Shown here piece by piece: positions 1-12,062 of a stretch of 64,000 nucleotides of DNA (position 1 is its first letter; each line of letters starts with the position of its first letter). Below the pieces are notes generated by a model, which was not told where the DNA came from, searched no databases, and worked only from the letters and a program-made list of their open reading frames with translations. The translations under genes and the position numbers were made by a program. The stretch comes from Vicugna vicugna (lineage: Eukaryota): positions 442,040 through 506,039 of the forward strand of contig MU058259.1 in NCBI GenBank assembly GCA_013265495.1, read 5' to 3'.

Positions 1-659
1 TTTTTTTTAAAGTACTTGGAAATGTACACAATAAAGCTTTTTTTTTTTAAGAAAGGAAGAGTTGATAGAGCTAATATTTGCTCATTGAATCAGGTGACTT
101 ATAGGAGCTACCAACAGCGAGCACAACTGTGACCTTCTATAGTTTTAAATCCCAATTCCAAAGCAGGAAAAAGGGGGCTCCTAAATAGGAGAGAAAAGTA
201 TTAGCCTGGCTCAATAAAAATGGAACAGCCCAGCAACTGGTCTGCAGACATAAGATATAAATTGTCAGTAAGACATGGGACAGCACTGTTAAACTTGTTT
301 TTAAGTGTTTACAGCTCATAGTTACATCTTCAAATCCTAGTCAACACACGCAACACACTGACAGATTTATTGCAAGTACTTGGTTTCCGTTTTTGAGAAA
401 TCTTTCAGTATATTCATCAAGATTATGGACTCTTTCAGTTCTCCTACAACAAGGTCCCAATCTCTGGCCTGTCTGCCTTGGCCACGAGAGGCCTGTGGAC
501 CAGCCATCTCCCATTACTGTTCACACATATCTGAGCTGCTCCCTGGTGGTGGGGGGGAGCCACACTGCATTCGTGGAGGACAAGCATCAATGAAAGTTCT
601 TCTATTTTAAACTGGGAGATAGGCTGGAAATGGCCATTTTTTTTAAGAATTTTGCTTTT

Positions 660-2530
660 GTGTTCTTTTGTTCCTTCAATCGACATCTAAGTATCTATTA
701 TGTAGGAGATATATGCTAAATCCTGGGAATACAAAAATAAAAGTTATCAGCCCTGGAAGTGCTCCTAAGAAAGAAATTTAGCATTTCTGAAATGGCATCT
801 GGCAGCGAACTCAGGAAACAACAGACTAGGGGGCCCAGAAGAGAGAGAGGCGTGAGAGGTAGGATGCTTGGGACCAGGTGACCTTAGGGGTGCAGGGCTG
901 TGGACGAGGAGCTGAGGTCAACACTGGCAGTCACTCTGCCAGGTGCCTGGCTGCATCCGTCGGTGAGGTGCTGTTAACAACGCAGGGACCGGAGAAGGGG
1001 AGCTCGGCAAAGGAAGGTGGGAAAAGATTCAGGTGTGGTGAGCATGGGCTTGCAGGTGGAGACATCAGTAGACACTTGGATATGCAGGCCGCGAACTCAA
1101 GGAGAAAGTTCAGGAGAGAAGCTGTAGCTAGGAACGTAGAGGTGCTTATTGTTTTTCTTGTTAGCATTTCGGAAGTATCTCATTAACGTCTAATTTTACG
1201 GCCCAGATTGTAGCCTGTACTAATTTTGTTTTCTGTAATTCTGAGTGTTCTTTGTAGCTTAGTATGTACTGTTTTGTGAAAGCTCTATGGATTCTTATAA
1301 ACAGTGAATTCTCTTTTTGAATCTAATGTCTACCAAAAATGCCTTTTAAATTGTATCAGTGTCTGCCCTTTTATTTTGCTTCCTTATGTCAAAAGCTGAA
1401 AGATACAATAACGATTTTTTTCTATTGCAGTTATATTAAATTATGCATGTGGTCTATCTGGTTTTGCTTTCTACTTTTGATTCTATGTAATTGGTTTTAT
1501 ACAGTTCATGATCTGTCTTCCCTGTACTTGAAGCTCTGACCAATGTAAGGACTCCTGATGCTTTGACTGCTATTTGCCTATAATTCTACCTTTCATGGAT
1601 CAGTATTACAATTGTGGCCTACTTTTTGTTTATTTGCAGATCAGTTTCTGTCCAGCCTTTTATTTATAATGTTGAAAGTGAACGATAAGGTAGGTACAAG
1701 CATACAGACCTATCCTTGAATCTTCTTAATATGGGCATTTAATCTATTTATACCTAATATTAAATTAAGTTGGTCTCCTGACACATGCTATGCTTTTTTC
1801 TTAAGGTTTTGTTGTTTCTGCCTCCCACTAAGTGGCGATGTGTTATTTCCTTTGATCTTCCTTGTATTTTTGTAATTAAACAGTTATTATAAAAGCAATA
1901 CACTGCAGACAAATCAGAAGGTAAAGAAACAGAATGAAATGAAATATACTCAGAACCCTACCTACCTGTAGACTCCCACAGTAAACATGTTTGTATGTAT
2001 CTTCCAAAACATCTTCTAGATACGTAAGCAAATCTATGTATAAGCACACAATAGAACCCTCTAGAGAAGTCATGCTACATCTGCTTCTGTGACCTACTTA
2101 GATCAACAAATCATCAGTGTCTTTCCATGGAAATAAATCTCTTCTACTTAATTTTCAAAGTTTTCTTATTGTGGACCTAGTCAGGCTTTTTATATGTGTT
2201 TTCCAATGGCCCTCTGGATGTGTTGTACCAAATTTACTTCTCATCAGCATGAATATTTCATATTTTTTGAACTTTGCTAATTTGATAAAAAGTGAAGAAT
2301 AACATGCATCCTGTTTTAATTTGAACTTGTCTGATTAGTAGTCAGGTTGAACATTTTCATGTTTTCTTAACATTTTTATTTAAGGATTCAATCTGTGACA
2401 AAGGTGGTTTTTTACTATTTGGGGAAAGATGTCTTGTTCAGTAAATGGCATGCAGTTGATTTACCATAGGGGAAAAGATTAAGGTTTCTGATAAAATGAT
2501 CACCAGATGTATTTATGACGTGTTAAAAAG
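660..2530. mobile_element. Old L2-like and L1-like fragments
   Basis: Degenerate L2-type purine-rich stretch (~660-1160) followed by T-rich old L1-type sequence; family not resolvable by eye. Confidence 0.4.
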
Positions 2531-2919
2531 AAACCCAGAAACGCACTAAAAGAAATGTAGGTGGGTCTCTGCAGACACTTACCCCATCCGCAGCGTGCTT
2601 GGCCTCAGCGCACATCTCCCTTCCGCCCTGTGGCTCGTGGTCCTCTGATCCTGGCTGAAAGGACACCCTCTCAGACTCGGGAGAAAGGTGTATCTCGTGT
2701 ATCTCTCATGGCTGCTTCACCTTGGCTGCATCTTGTACACTAATAAATTACCCAAGTATCTGTATTTTTCTAACACCATCTTCCCAGACAGACAGTTTCA
2801 GGTCAGGGATCTCACCAATTTTGTTTACTCTTAGATGCCGAGCTGCCTGCCAATCATTTAGTACCTTTCTTTAGGGTACTTTCTCCTACCTTCACTTTTT
2901 AAAATACATGTACAAAAAA

Positions 2920-3380
2920 CACCATTCTCAGCACGTGCGTGCTCCTGGCCAGGCCCTTGGTGTGCGTCGGCTTCCACCGACAGCGCTGCGCCTGCGCGGC
3001 CTGGGTGCACCACCCGCCCGCCCACCGCCGAGAGCGGCATGCCTTTCTGCTGTCTCGGCTCCAGCGCTTGGCTGGGGGTCTGGGCACTGCTGGAAATGAT
3101 GTCACCGAAGGAAAAAGCAGGAAGTGGAGCTTGGGCCAAGCCACGAATGACCACACTTCACGGAGAGAGAGGGTATATTGGCAAAAACCAACCGTGAGAG
3201 GCTTTTTCAGGCATATGTAAGAGAGACTTGCTTGTATTTCTAAGTCCTCCGACGCCGACCCAGGGAACCGGGCGGCTCTCGGGTAGGGAGGATGTGCCAA
3301 CCAGGGCCCGCCTTAGGAGTGCGTGGCAGACAGCTTGGTTCCTCTCCCTTGCAACGTGACGTTTCCCCTGTTTTGTCCAG
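2920..3380. promoter_or_regulatory. Orphan CpG-rich, promoter-like element
   Basis: Local CpG enrichment; NRF1-like tgcgcctgcgc 2987-2997, tandem ccgccc boxes ~3014-3023, E-box cacgtg ~2932, ETS-like caggaagt ~3118. Confidence 0.5.
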
Positions 3381-3901
3381 CAACTTGATGAAACTGAATC
3401 TTGAAAAGGTTCTTGAAAAAAAAAACCTCTGAAAGACAAAGGGATTTATTTCCTTTCCCCCTTTTTTCCACCTGTATCTTAAGGCTCTCCCCTCAGTACC
3501 CCCTAGCAGCCCTAAGGCCAGAGAAGGTAGTCCCGCAACACCTGAGTTGCGTCTAGTACAGCAGGGAGACTCGGCCAGCTGGTCTGAGTGTGCGCTCCCT
3601 GCTCAGAGCTGCTTCTGAGGTGCTCTTTCATCAAGCCGCTGGGCAACACGGGAAACGCGGGGAAGCCTCAGCCTTGGAGGTCTTATAAACATAAGCAGGT
3701 CCCAGCAGCGCTCTGTGGAATCAGCCCTAAAATCTTAAACATACTTCATTTATTCAGCCAACTGTGAGTACAGTTCCTTATGTAGGTGGAAAAAGCAGCG
3801 CTTTCCCTCCCATAGTTGAGGTTCCTAGTCGTGATGTTTAATTTTTAATTTCTAATAATATGGCAGAAGGGCATGGCTTTTTCATGCTTACAGAGGGAGT
3901 C

Positions 3902-4415
3902 TGTATGGTCAGGCCACCCAAGATGGCTGTTCTCTTGCTCTGGGTACATCCCTTGCTCAACCAGTGCCTGCTTCACCTAATGTTTATTTTGTTAATTATG
4001 CTCCTTACCTTTTAACAGAGGTACTGGGGATTGAACCCAGGACCTCGTGCATGCTAAGCATGCGCTCTACCATGGAGCTGTACCCTCCCCCAACGCCTAA
4101 TCTTTAGATCAGAACATCTCCACCTGGAGAGCTTCTCAAAAGGCCATGAGGGGCGTGCCCTTCTGCTGTTTTCCCTGTTAACTGGTAAGCCCACCTGACA
4201 TCAATTCCTGTAACTGAGACCCTCCCCTTCCTGGAGCAAAGCCTGCCGCCTTCCTCTGCTGCCAACAGCGGGCTGTCTCTCCAGGACTTTCTTCAGACGT
4301 GTAAGTTCCCCCATGGGTGAAACCACTGATGTCTCTGTTGCCGACTCCAGGCTCGCTCTTTGGTCTTGAAACTGGGAGACTATGGGCCTTGCAGGCCGCG
4401 GGGTGCAGCCCAGCA
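3902..4415 (+). mobile_element. LTR of an ERV1-like element (5' LTR, interrupted by a SINE)
   Basis: TG...CA termini (tgtatgg...gcagcccagca), U5-like tail, directly followed by a PBS-like TGG sequence. Confidence 0.7.
3985..4091 (-). mobile_element. tRNA-Ala-derived camelid SINE (Vic-1 type) inserted in the LTR
   Basis: Reverse complement gggggagggtacagctccatggtagagcgcatgcttagcatgcacgaggtcctgggttcaatccccagtacctc; degenerate TSD (cacctaatgttt / cgcctaatcttt). Confidence 0.85.
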
Positions 4416-4417
4416 AT

Positions 4418-7250
4418 TGGCGTAGCAGCCAGGAGACCGAGGAAACGCCCGTGAGCGCCGAGATGTCGGGAAATGAGGAGGGATGGGAAATTGCGGGGGG
4501 GGAATCCTGGGGTGGCCGTCTACTCACACATGGGGCCTGAAAGTCCCGGGGTGCTTTCCGAAAGTTGGGGGGAGGTCCCAGGGTGGCTGTGCACTCGTTC
4601 GTGCAGGGGCCCTGCGGAGGTGGTGGGTGTTGTCCTTGTAAATGGGGGACGCCCAGGGAGTGCGGAGGACGCGGACACCCCTCAGGTTGTGAGGAGATAC
4701 TGGCCATCGCGACAGAGGAAGAAAAGTTAGACGGTGAGGCCACAGCTGTGGGCTGGCGTTGCGTTTTCTGTTAAGAAAGGTCACAGAGAGGGAGCTAACA
4801 GCTGAGGCCAAGGTGAACTTGAATGCTGATTCCTGTTCTGCTGAAAGTGAGGCATGTGAATGATAGGTATTATTGTCTAGTATTGTTACTGGTTTAAACT
4901 GAATTGGCTATTTATAAACTGAAGAGCAAATCCCTGAAAATGTCCAAGATGGGACTCTTGAAATTCTAAAACTGGTTTTTGCGTATGCCGTCAGAGGAAC
5001 TTCGCTTTCTAGAAGGAATTGGTATTTCTCCTCCTTTGGCTTAAAGATGTATATGATCTACCTGGGCTCTCAGGAACTTTAATCATCTGATCCCTGAGAA
5101 TGAAGAAAAACAAAGAGGCCTTTTAATTAAAAAATTTTTAGTATTATTTTTATTGAAATGTAGTTGATTTACAATGTTGGTTTCTGGTGTACAGCAAAGT
5201 GATTCAGTTATACATACATATATTCTTTTTCAGATTCTTTTCCATTATGGTTTATTAGAAGATATTGAGCGTAGTTCCCTGTGCTATACAGTAGGACCTT
5301 GTTGTTTATCTATTTTATATATAGTAGCTAGTGTCTGCTAATCCCAAACTCCTCTAATTTATCCCTCCCCGCCAACTCTCCCTTTTGGTAACTGTAAATT
5401 TGTTTTCTATGTCTGTATCTGTTCTGTAAAGTTTATTTGTATCATTTTTTAGATTCCACATATAAGTTATATCATGGTATTTGTCTTTCTCTGACTTAAA
5501 CTTCACTTAGTGTGATCATCTTTAGGTCCATCCATGTTGCTGCAAACGGCATTATTTCATACAAAAAGAGGCCTTTTTAAGCTTTAGCAGGAAAACTAAG
5601 ACCTCTGTGTCTGTATAGATGTATGTCTGTGTGTACCTTATAAATATAAGCTGTCTCTCCCTCCAAATGGCATCGCCAAGATTGTTTTGTGGATGAGCGC
5701 TATTTAATTGGCTTAAAAGAAATTAAGCATTTGTATAAATTCTCAGACACACACGAGACTGGCCTGAATGAATTTCCGTTCCCAGGTTCATGTGACCTGG
5801 GAAATTGTACTGAATTGACATCTGGTATTGAAGCTAGCTTAAGTTTGTTGGTTTGATTAATATAGGTATGTCTTTAGAGTCATCAATGTAAGTTGCACTT
5901 CTGCTGTACCTAGGCTTACCAGAAGTCAAATGAGACCTTATTATATGTTACAAATTTGTCAGCAAGGAAAATAACTTGATATGATGAAACTTTTAAGTAA
6001 ATGTGAATGAGAAAAGAGCTTTTAGGTAAACACTATAGGAATAATTATGTTTTGGGACTGTCTACCTAAAATAGTCTTTCCAGATTTTGCTAACTTGAAA
6101 CTAAACTAAGTGAAGTGAAGAGAATTCACTGATTATTTGGGTCATTTCAAATAGGATAAAATACTGGAACATTAATTGCTGGGCAAATCTAAGTTTACCT
6201 ACCTTTGCTTTCTTAGGAAGACTAAAGCGTAAATTTACCGAGTAGGAAATGCTGGTGTGACACAATTCACAATTACTTGTTTGTTGGTATTTGCCAAAGA
6301 TTAAGGTTTTCAAGGGTTAAGATTATAATCAGTCATAATCCTAGTTATTGTAACTGGGTTTCTTTACAGATTACATTGTAATCAGGTGTTTAACTGTTGA
6401 CTTTTCAAGTCTTGTCATTTATAGACAGTTATTGTTGTACTCTGATGCTTTTGCAGAAGTGTTTCATCTTCAAGAAGACTCCTAGGAAGGCCCCTTTGAC
6501 AAGTACAGGTCTCTGATAAATTTCAGATCATACCACTGAACTGGTTAAGAAATTAAAGAATCCTAATGAAAAACCTGATGGTTTCATAGAAACTTAAAAG
6601 GATTGGTTACTGAGTGAACTGGTGATTATGGTTGTAATTTTATGGTTTTTATTCCAGAATACTACTGGTTTTGATCTGTGTTTTCCAGATACAGGGAAGC
6701 CCTTCCCCTCAGGTTAGTTATGATTCATAGCAATTTGGTAAACTACACTTGTTGGTAGAATTGAAATATTTTTCTTTTCTCTCAACCTGGTTTCCCCAGA
6801 AATTGGAGACTCTTGGGTTCTGAGCAGCCTTATGAGGTGAATGAGAAAGACTGTCTCTTGGCATGCGCTGGAATCTCGATTTTTTTGGGACTTCTAGAAG
6901 AGAGAAGTCCACCGAGGTGGAGCCTGATGGCAGGCCTTTGGCATGGCTTTCCTAGCTTTGAGAGGCCTTGTGGGAATTCAGTCTGAGACTGCTTCTGAGG
7001 AGTTCCACATAGTCAGTTTGGAGGAGCCCATGTGGTCAACTCACCAGCCTTATTTTATAAACAAATTAGTCTTGATTTGGCTATGTTTGGTGGAGATGAG
7101 GGTAAATTTAGAGAGAAAAATACTATGTTTCATTGGATATTTAATTCTGCTAATTGAGGTCTGTACTTGTGAAAGTTACTGTGTTAGCCATACTTTTGCC
7201 CTGATGTTCAGGATGGAAAGAGAATTCTCTGGTGAAGCTGTCACAAAGTG
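4418..7250 (+). mobile_element. PBS and non-coding, MER4-group-like ERV1 internal sequence
   Basis: tggcgtagcagccaggag (4418-4435) matches 14/18 to the tRNA-Ser-type PBS TGGCGTAGTCGGCAGGAT; GC-rich leader then AT-rich internal sequence with no gag/pol ORF; no 3' LTR recognised. Confidence 0.6.
5125..5564 (-). mobile_element. 5'-truncated L1 3' end inserted in the ERV internal region
   Basis: Cetartiodactyl-type L1 3'UTR (gttgatttacaatgttgg...gtacagcaaagtgattcagttatacat...tccatccatgttgctgcaaa); TSD aaagaggcctttt at 5112-5124 and 5565-5577. Confidence 0.85.
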
Positions 7251-7329
7251 TAACTACTCATAACATGCATCACTGCTGGCTCTAAGTCTTTAAGCAAGTA
7301 AAAATCAACTCTGAGGCTTTGACATTAAT

Positions 7330-8902
7330 GGTTGTGATTATTAAACTTTATTATATTTTAAAATCTGAAAACTGTAAAACATAGTATTTATACAAACACC
7401 TGAGGACTGTTCAAGTGGGCACAGCATCTTCACGCATACAATGTGAGAGAAGACCAGGTTTAAATTAGAATCTTATAACAAAAGAAATAACACAGATGAA
7501 ATTACCCTTTAAATCACATATGCCCAGTAAATGGTTGCCTTTGCTTATAAAGTACACTTGGTTTTCTAAAGAGAAATTGTGTATTCTTGCCCCTGATGAA
7601 CATCTTACTGGCATTTATAACAAATGGTTAATACAATAAGCACCAAGTTTCATAGCTTATAAACATTACGCTGAATATTATATAAGATGTAATAAATAAC
7701 AGAATAATGACAATGAACGTGTTTCATTTGAAAGTTCTAATTTTTAAAATAAAATTTAAAATGACAAATTAGAATTAATGTACCTTCCAAAGTTTAGTAT
7801 GGTAAGTGGCTCAGAAAGCAAATAAACTAGAAACATTGCACAAGACAGAACTTCCCTGTTCGGGAACCCTGAAGAGTGAGCTGAGAGGTACCAGTGATGG
7901 CAAGTGCTATGCGTGTGTCTTACAGAATAAAAACATCTTACTATACACAGAGTTAATATTTACCTCTGTAGAAGTGTAAAGTGCCATTTTAAATTAAAAA
8001 AGAAAAGATTTACTTGTGTGTATACTTCAGATATAGAATGAAACATAAATATGAAACAGTATCCATAAGGAATAAACAGACAATAAACTCTGTTAAAAAT
8101 TCTATCTTTTAAAAATTTGGACATAGGCATCTTCATGGAGAGATGTGAGCAACGAATGCCTAGTTAAATGTCCAAACTTAGGCAAAATATGGAAGTTTTA
8201 AAATAATAGGTATCTGATTAGAAAGAATATAATCAGACTCTAGCCAAACCACCCTGCATAGTTTAATATCTCCTGCATAAAGTGACTATTTTACCTACCT
8301 TATAATTAAAAAAACTGATAATAACACTTCTTGAAAGCTTGTAGGGTTGCTTTTTTTTTCTTTGAATAGGTACAGATACAACATAGGGAGAAATAATAAC
8401 AGAAAGGAAGATACTTTATATGTCTATTCCCATTCCAGAAACTATTAGAACGTGAACAGAACATTGCAGTAACAGACATAAAATATGTGAGAAAGAGCTA
8501 TCTAAAGCTACATCTTTAAATTCTCTTCTAAAGAAAACTTTGCATGGATTTCATTAGAGAACCTGTCAGTCCCTGATACTTTCCCCTGGGATTGAGCAGT
8601 TTTGGTTTTACATATAAACATTAACCAAAAACAAAGTATTTCTCTGTTTACTGCATGAAATATATCTGTCAACTATGCAATGAAAATAATGCAAAGATAG
8701 AAAGACCACCAATGTGACACTGCTCATCCTAACATGTTAAATGGCTTCTCAGGAAGCAGACAGGACTGTAATGTGGTTCTGCACTTCTGGATATAAAACA
8801 TATTTTAGAGGAATCTTCTCCATAACAAAACTTCTAAGGGCAGGAAAAAAGACAGCATTGGTCTCCCCAGAATTAAGCTCAATCTAACCTACAAGCATTT
8901 TT
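7330..8902 (-). other. SCML1: SCML1 3'UTR with candidate polyadenylation signal AATAAA (7352-7347)
   Basis: AT-rich unique sequence after the stop codon; plus-strand tttatt at 7347-7352 sits just before the ERV-derived block. The end point is inferred. Confidence 0.55.
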
Positions 8903-9037
8903 TCAATAGACAAATTTCTTTTTTTCTTTAAGCTTTTCAATGTAGTGGCACAATTTCACGGCTGCCCCCAGCTTAAGGCCCATGTACTTCATCATCATGT
9001 CGCTCTTGAGAAGCAGCAGAGCTTTCCCATCAATGTC
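8903..9037 (-). CDS. SCML1: SCML1 last coding exon (SAM domain, C-terminal half)
   Basis: Acceptor ctctctgtag|GAC; translates [44 protein letters not shown] (135 nt, phase 0), a typical Scm-family SAM/SPM sequence. Confidence 0.93.
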   Translation of the reverse strand, partial: DIDGKALLLLKSDMMMKYMGLKLGAAVKLCHYIEKLKEKKKFVY

Positions 9038-10340
9038 CTACAGAGAGAAGGAAGTTAAAATAATTAACGTGTTTTCATATTTTATCAGAATGGTTATTCC
9101 TTTATATGGAAGCACATGTGACAGCAGTTAGAGAACAGCCCACCCAGCTATATGTTTTCTGAGTATGCAACTGCTGGCTGAAAACTATTACAAATATCAT
9201 TCATACAGTGAAGCATCACTCAATCATTTGTAAATTTACTTCAAATTTTCAGAAAGAGGAAATTTAACCTAATATCTTTAAAATGTCCTAAGCCTCAGAC
9301 TACCTAATTTTAAATACCATGTGCTGAATAAAATGCTGCAAAGCTATGACAAAAAGACTAAAAACTATGAATGGTAGAAATACACTTCAGCTGGTCGTCA
9401 GCTTTCCTGGAAGGGCTGACATTGGGAGTGTGTCTGCTGGGAGCGTGCTGTACAGTCTGGTGTTAATGTAGGGAGCGAATCAGTCAGTTGTCTGAAGCTA
9501 ATTAGATGCTAAAGACTGATTACTGATTTTCTTATCACATTGGAAAGGATACATCAGATGTGTGAGCACTAATTTTATTTGTTAGGAAACATTATAAAAT
9601 ATTACTTGAGAGTCACAAGGCATCCTCCTACAATTCTTTATTACATTAACTGATCAGCCGATGGTGCTGAAGCAGGCTACTTGGTTTTCGGGAGCTCTGA
9701 TTTAAAAACAAAAGTGCACTGAATCATACATCACTGGCTGAAAAGACCTGAAACCCCTCACAGTGCTGCCTTTGTCAGGTATGTTTTATACATTTTCTAC
9801 CAAGTAAAACTAGAAATTAAAGAAATTAAACTTAGAAAAATTTAGCCCATGATGTTACTTTGCAAATGGCATGAGGGTAAGGGCATCCCAAATCGTCAGT
9901 GACCATATAAGGTTAACAGAACTGAGCCAAATGGAATCAGCTGCTGAATTCTTGGGGCATCCTAACAAGGAGGACACCCTGTCACAGCTGTGGTCACCCC
10001 TCCTACTCACGGTCCTGGGGCCGAGCAGGCAGCAGGTGGGGAGGAGGATCCTTGTAACTGTCATTACAAAAAAGACACCTGAGAGTGGCTGTGCTGAATC
10101 ATCTTCTCTTGAGAACTTGAAGACTTGTAGTATTTTAGGTATTTGGGTACCTTTTAAAGGACAGATCCAGCCTCGACCATTTAAGGATCTAACTCTGGGC
10201 AAAGTAAACTTCCTCACATATGGACAAATCAGTTGATAGGTTCCCCCACCATCCACACTAATCAGTATCCAACCGAAGAGCCTGCAGAGAGGTCATTCAA
10301 AGGCATTACGACAGGAAAACTGGATCAAAAGATACATTAC

Positions 10341-10492
10341 ATGTTGCCTGAAGAGGTCAGCGAGGGGGGTGAGTGTCTGAGGATCTACATGTTTCAAAAA
10401 CAGGATCACTTCATCCACGGACCAGGTTGAAGGGTCATCAGAGAAGGTCTGTTTTTGGACACCCGGGTCATTTCCAACTGGTGAAGGGGGAG
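10341..10492 (-). CDS. SCML1: SCML1 penultimate coding exon (SAM domain, N-terminal half)
   Basis: Acceptor tttctccccctactgaag|CT and donor CAT|gtaatg; 152 nt, phase 1 to 0; (A)PPSPVGNDPGVQKQTFSDDPSTWSVDEVILFLKHVDPQTLTPLADLFRQH contains the PSTWSV SAM motif. Confidence 0.9.
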
Positions 10493-12062
10493 CTTCAGTA
10501 GGGGGAGAAAAGACAAATCATACTTGACTTGATCATGATCCTGAAAGAAGAGATGTTAGGTGGGGAGTAATGGTCTCATTCCTGGAACCTTCTGTGAAGT
10601 ACCCCGGCATGGACCCAGGACTCCAAGCGTAAAATCCAGAGAGAGCCTATATATAGATGACCTGAGGATGGCTCCCCACGAACATCCCCCCTGACCTCCC
10701 CCAAACAACTAAAGCAGCTTCCAAAGGTACCTAAAAGCTTCAAAGATCATAAAAGAGACTGAGCGATCCGAGGCCTCTGGCCACAGGCAAATACTGCAAA
10801 AGATCTGTTACTTAGGTTAAATTAGGTTAATCTAAACTAACTTATTGTTCTCTTAAAGTATTTCAAAGAATTTCTCTCAATCTCTCCCCTCTCCATCTCT
10901 CCAGATTAGGTTGATTTTACTAGCTATTTACAATTTACAGTTTTATAATTGCTTAAATTTATTCACTTTAATCAATGAATTTCAACAGCCTCCACTGTCT
11001 TTGAGAACCAGATTCTTTTACCAAATCTCTCCTATGTATTCAATATGGATATTTTTTAGCATCACTTTTATTCTTTAAAATTCCTGTCTCTCAAGGTTTA
11101 AATGCTTACCTGGATTTTGAAGAAAATAAGATTATTTTCTGCTTAGGAGATCAGAAGTAACTTTAACATTACACTGAATACCTCTTTGAAGTTTACTGCA
11201 TAGTGATAGATATTTTGGTTGAAGGTTTACCTTTAAAAAAGAAATAACCAACTCACCTTTACTCTATCCCAAACACCCACCTCCACTGTGGGACTTTTAC
11301 TTTCCGTTTCATTCCTTTTTGTTGTTTATTTTTAAAAACAGGTACATGTGTACTTTTTAATGTAGCTTTACTGACATATTATTTACATACAATAAACTGC
11401 ACTGTAAGTAGTTTTATAATCATAGAAATAAACAATAAATATAGAAATAAAAAATAAATTTTAAAAAGTCTACTGGAACAAAAGAAAAAAAGAAATAACT
11501 GAGACATGAAACGATTTAAGTGCTCATACCTCAAAAAGTTTTAGCTGTGCTGTTCACTAAGTTGTGCTGAAACTTCTCTGTGTCCAGACAAGTATACATT
11601 TACTCAACCAGAGCGCCTGACTCCCTAAAGTTAGTGTGGTAACAGAGTGGGTTCTGTAATGTGCTAGGAAGATGAGTTTCTCTAACCAAGGACCATCAAC
11701 ACAAATTTGATCGTTCTTGTATGTGAACTAGCCCAAAGTGCACCTTTTATTTCCTATCATCTGGGCTCTGGTCATTTTAGGAGCATTTTGAATATTTACC
11801 CAGGGAAAAGGCAAAGAAAAACAGAAGATTAAAAAACTCACAATGGGATCATTCTGAGTATCAGCAGAGAAGAGGCATGTCAGCTTATTGGCAGAGTGCC
11901 TGGCACGTAACAGACGCTCAAGAAACGTTATTCTCGCTGTGGATCTCACTCCAAACCAGCGCTCAAAATAGGAAACAAACAGCTTCTACAAGCTTGCATC
12001 AAGGATGCTAAGGAACAGAGCATACGCAATGGTATGTGTCATAGGCGTCATTTCACACTCAC

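Noticed and set aside
4201..4811. 180-aa and overlapping ORFs
   Set aside because: They fall in the GC-rich LTR/leader of the ERV, with no gag, pol or env motifs.
9855..10256. Overlapping 133-aa and 121-aa ORFs on opposite strands in the last SCML1 intron
   Set aside because: No recognisable homology or splice support; compatible with chance.
8903..10492. Calling the gene SCML2 because of its SAM sequence
   Set aside because: No MBT-repeat exons; the N-terminal exons and position next to NHS match SCML1.
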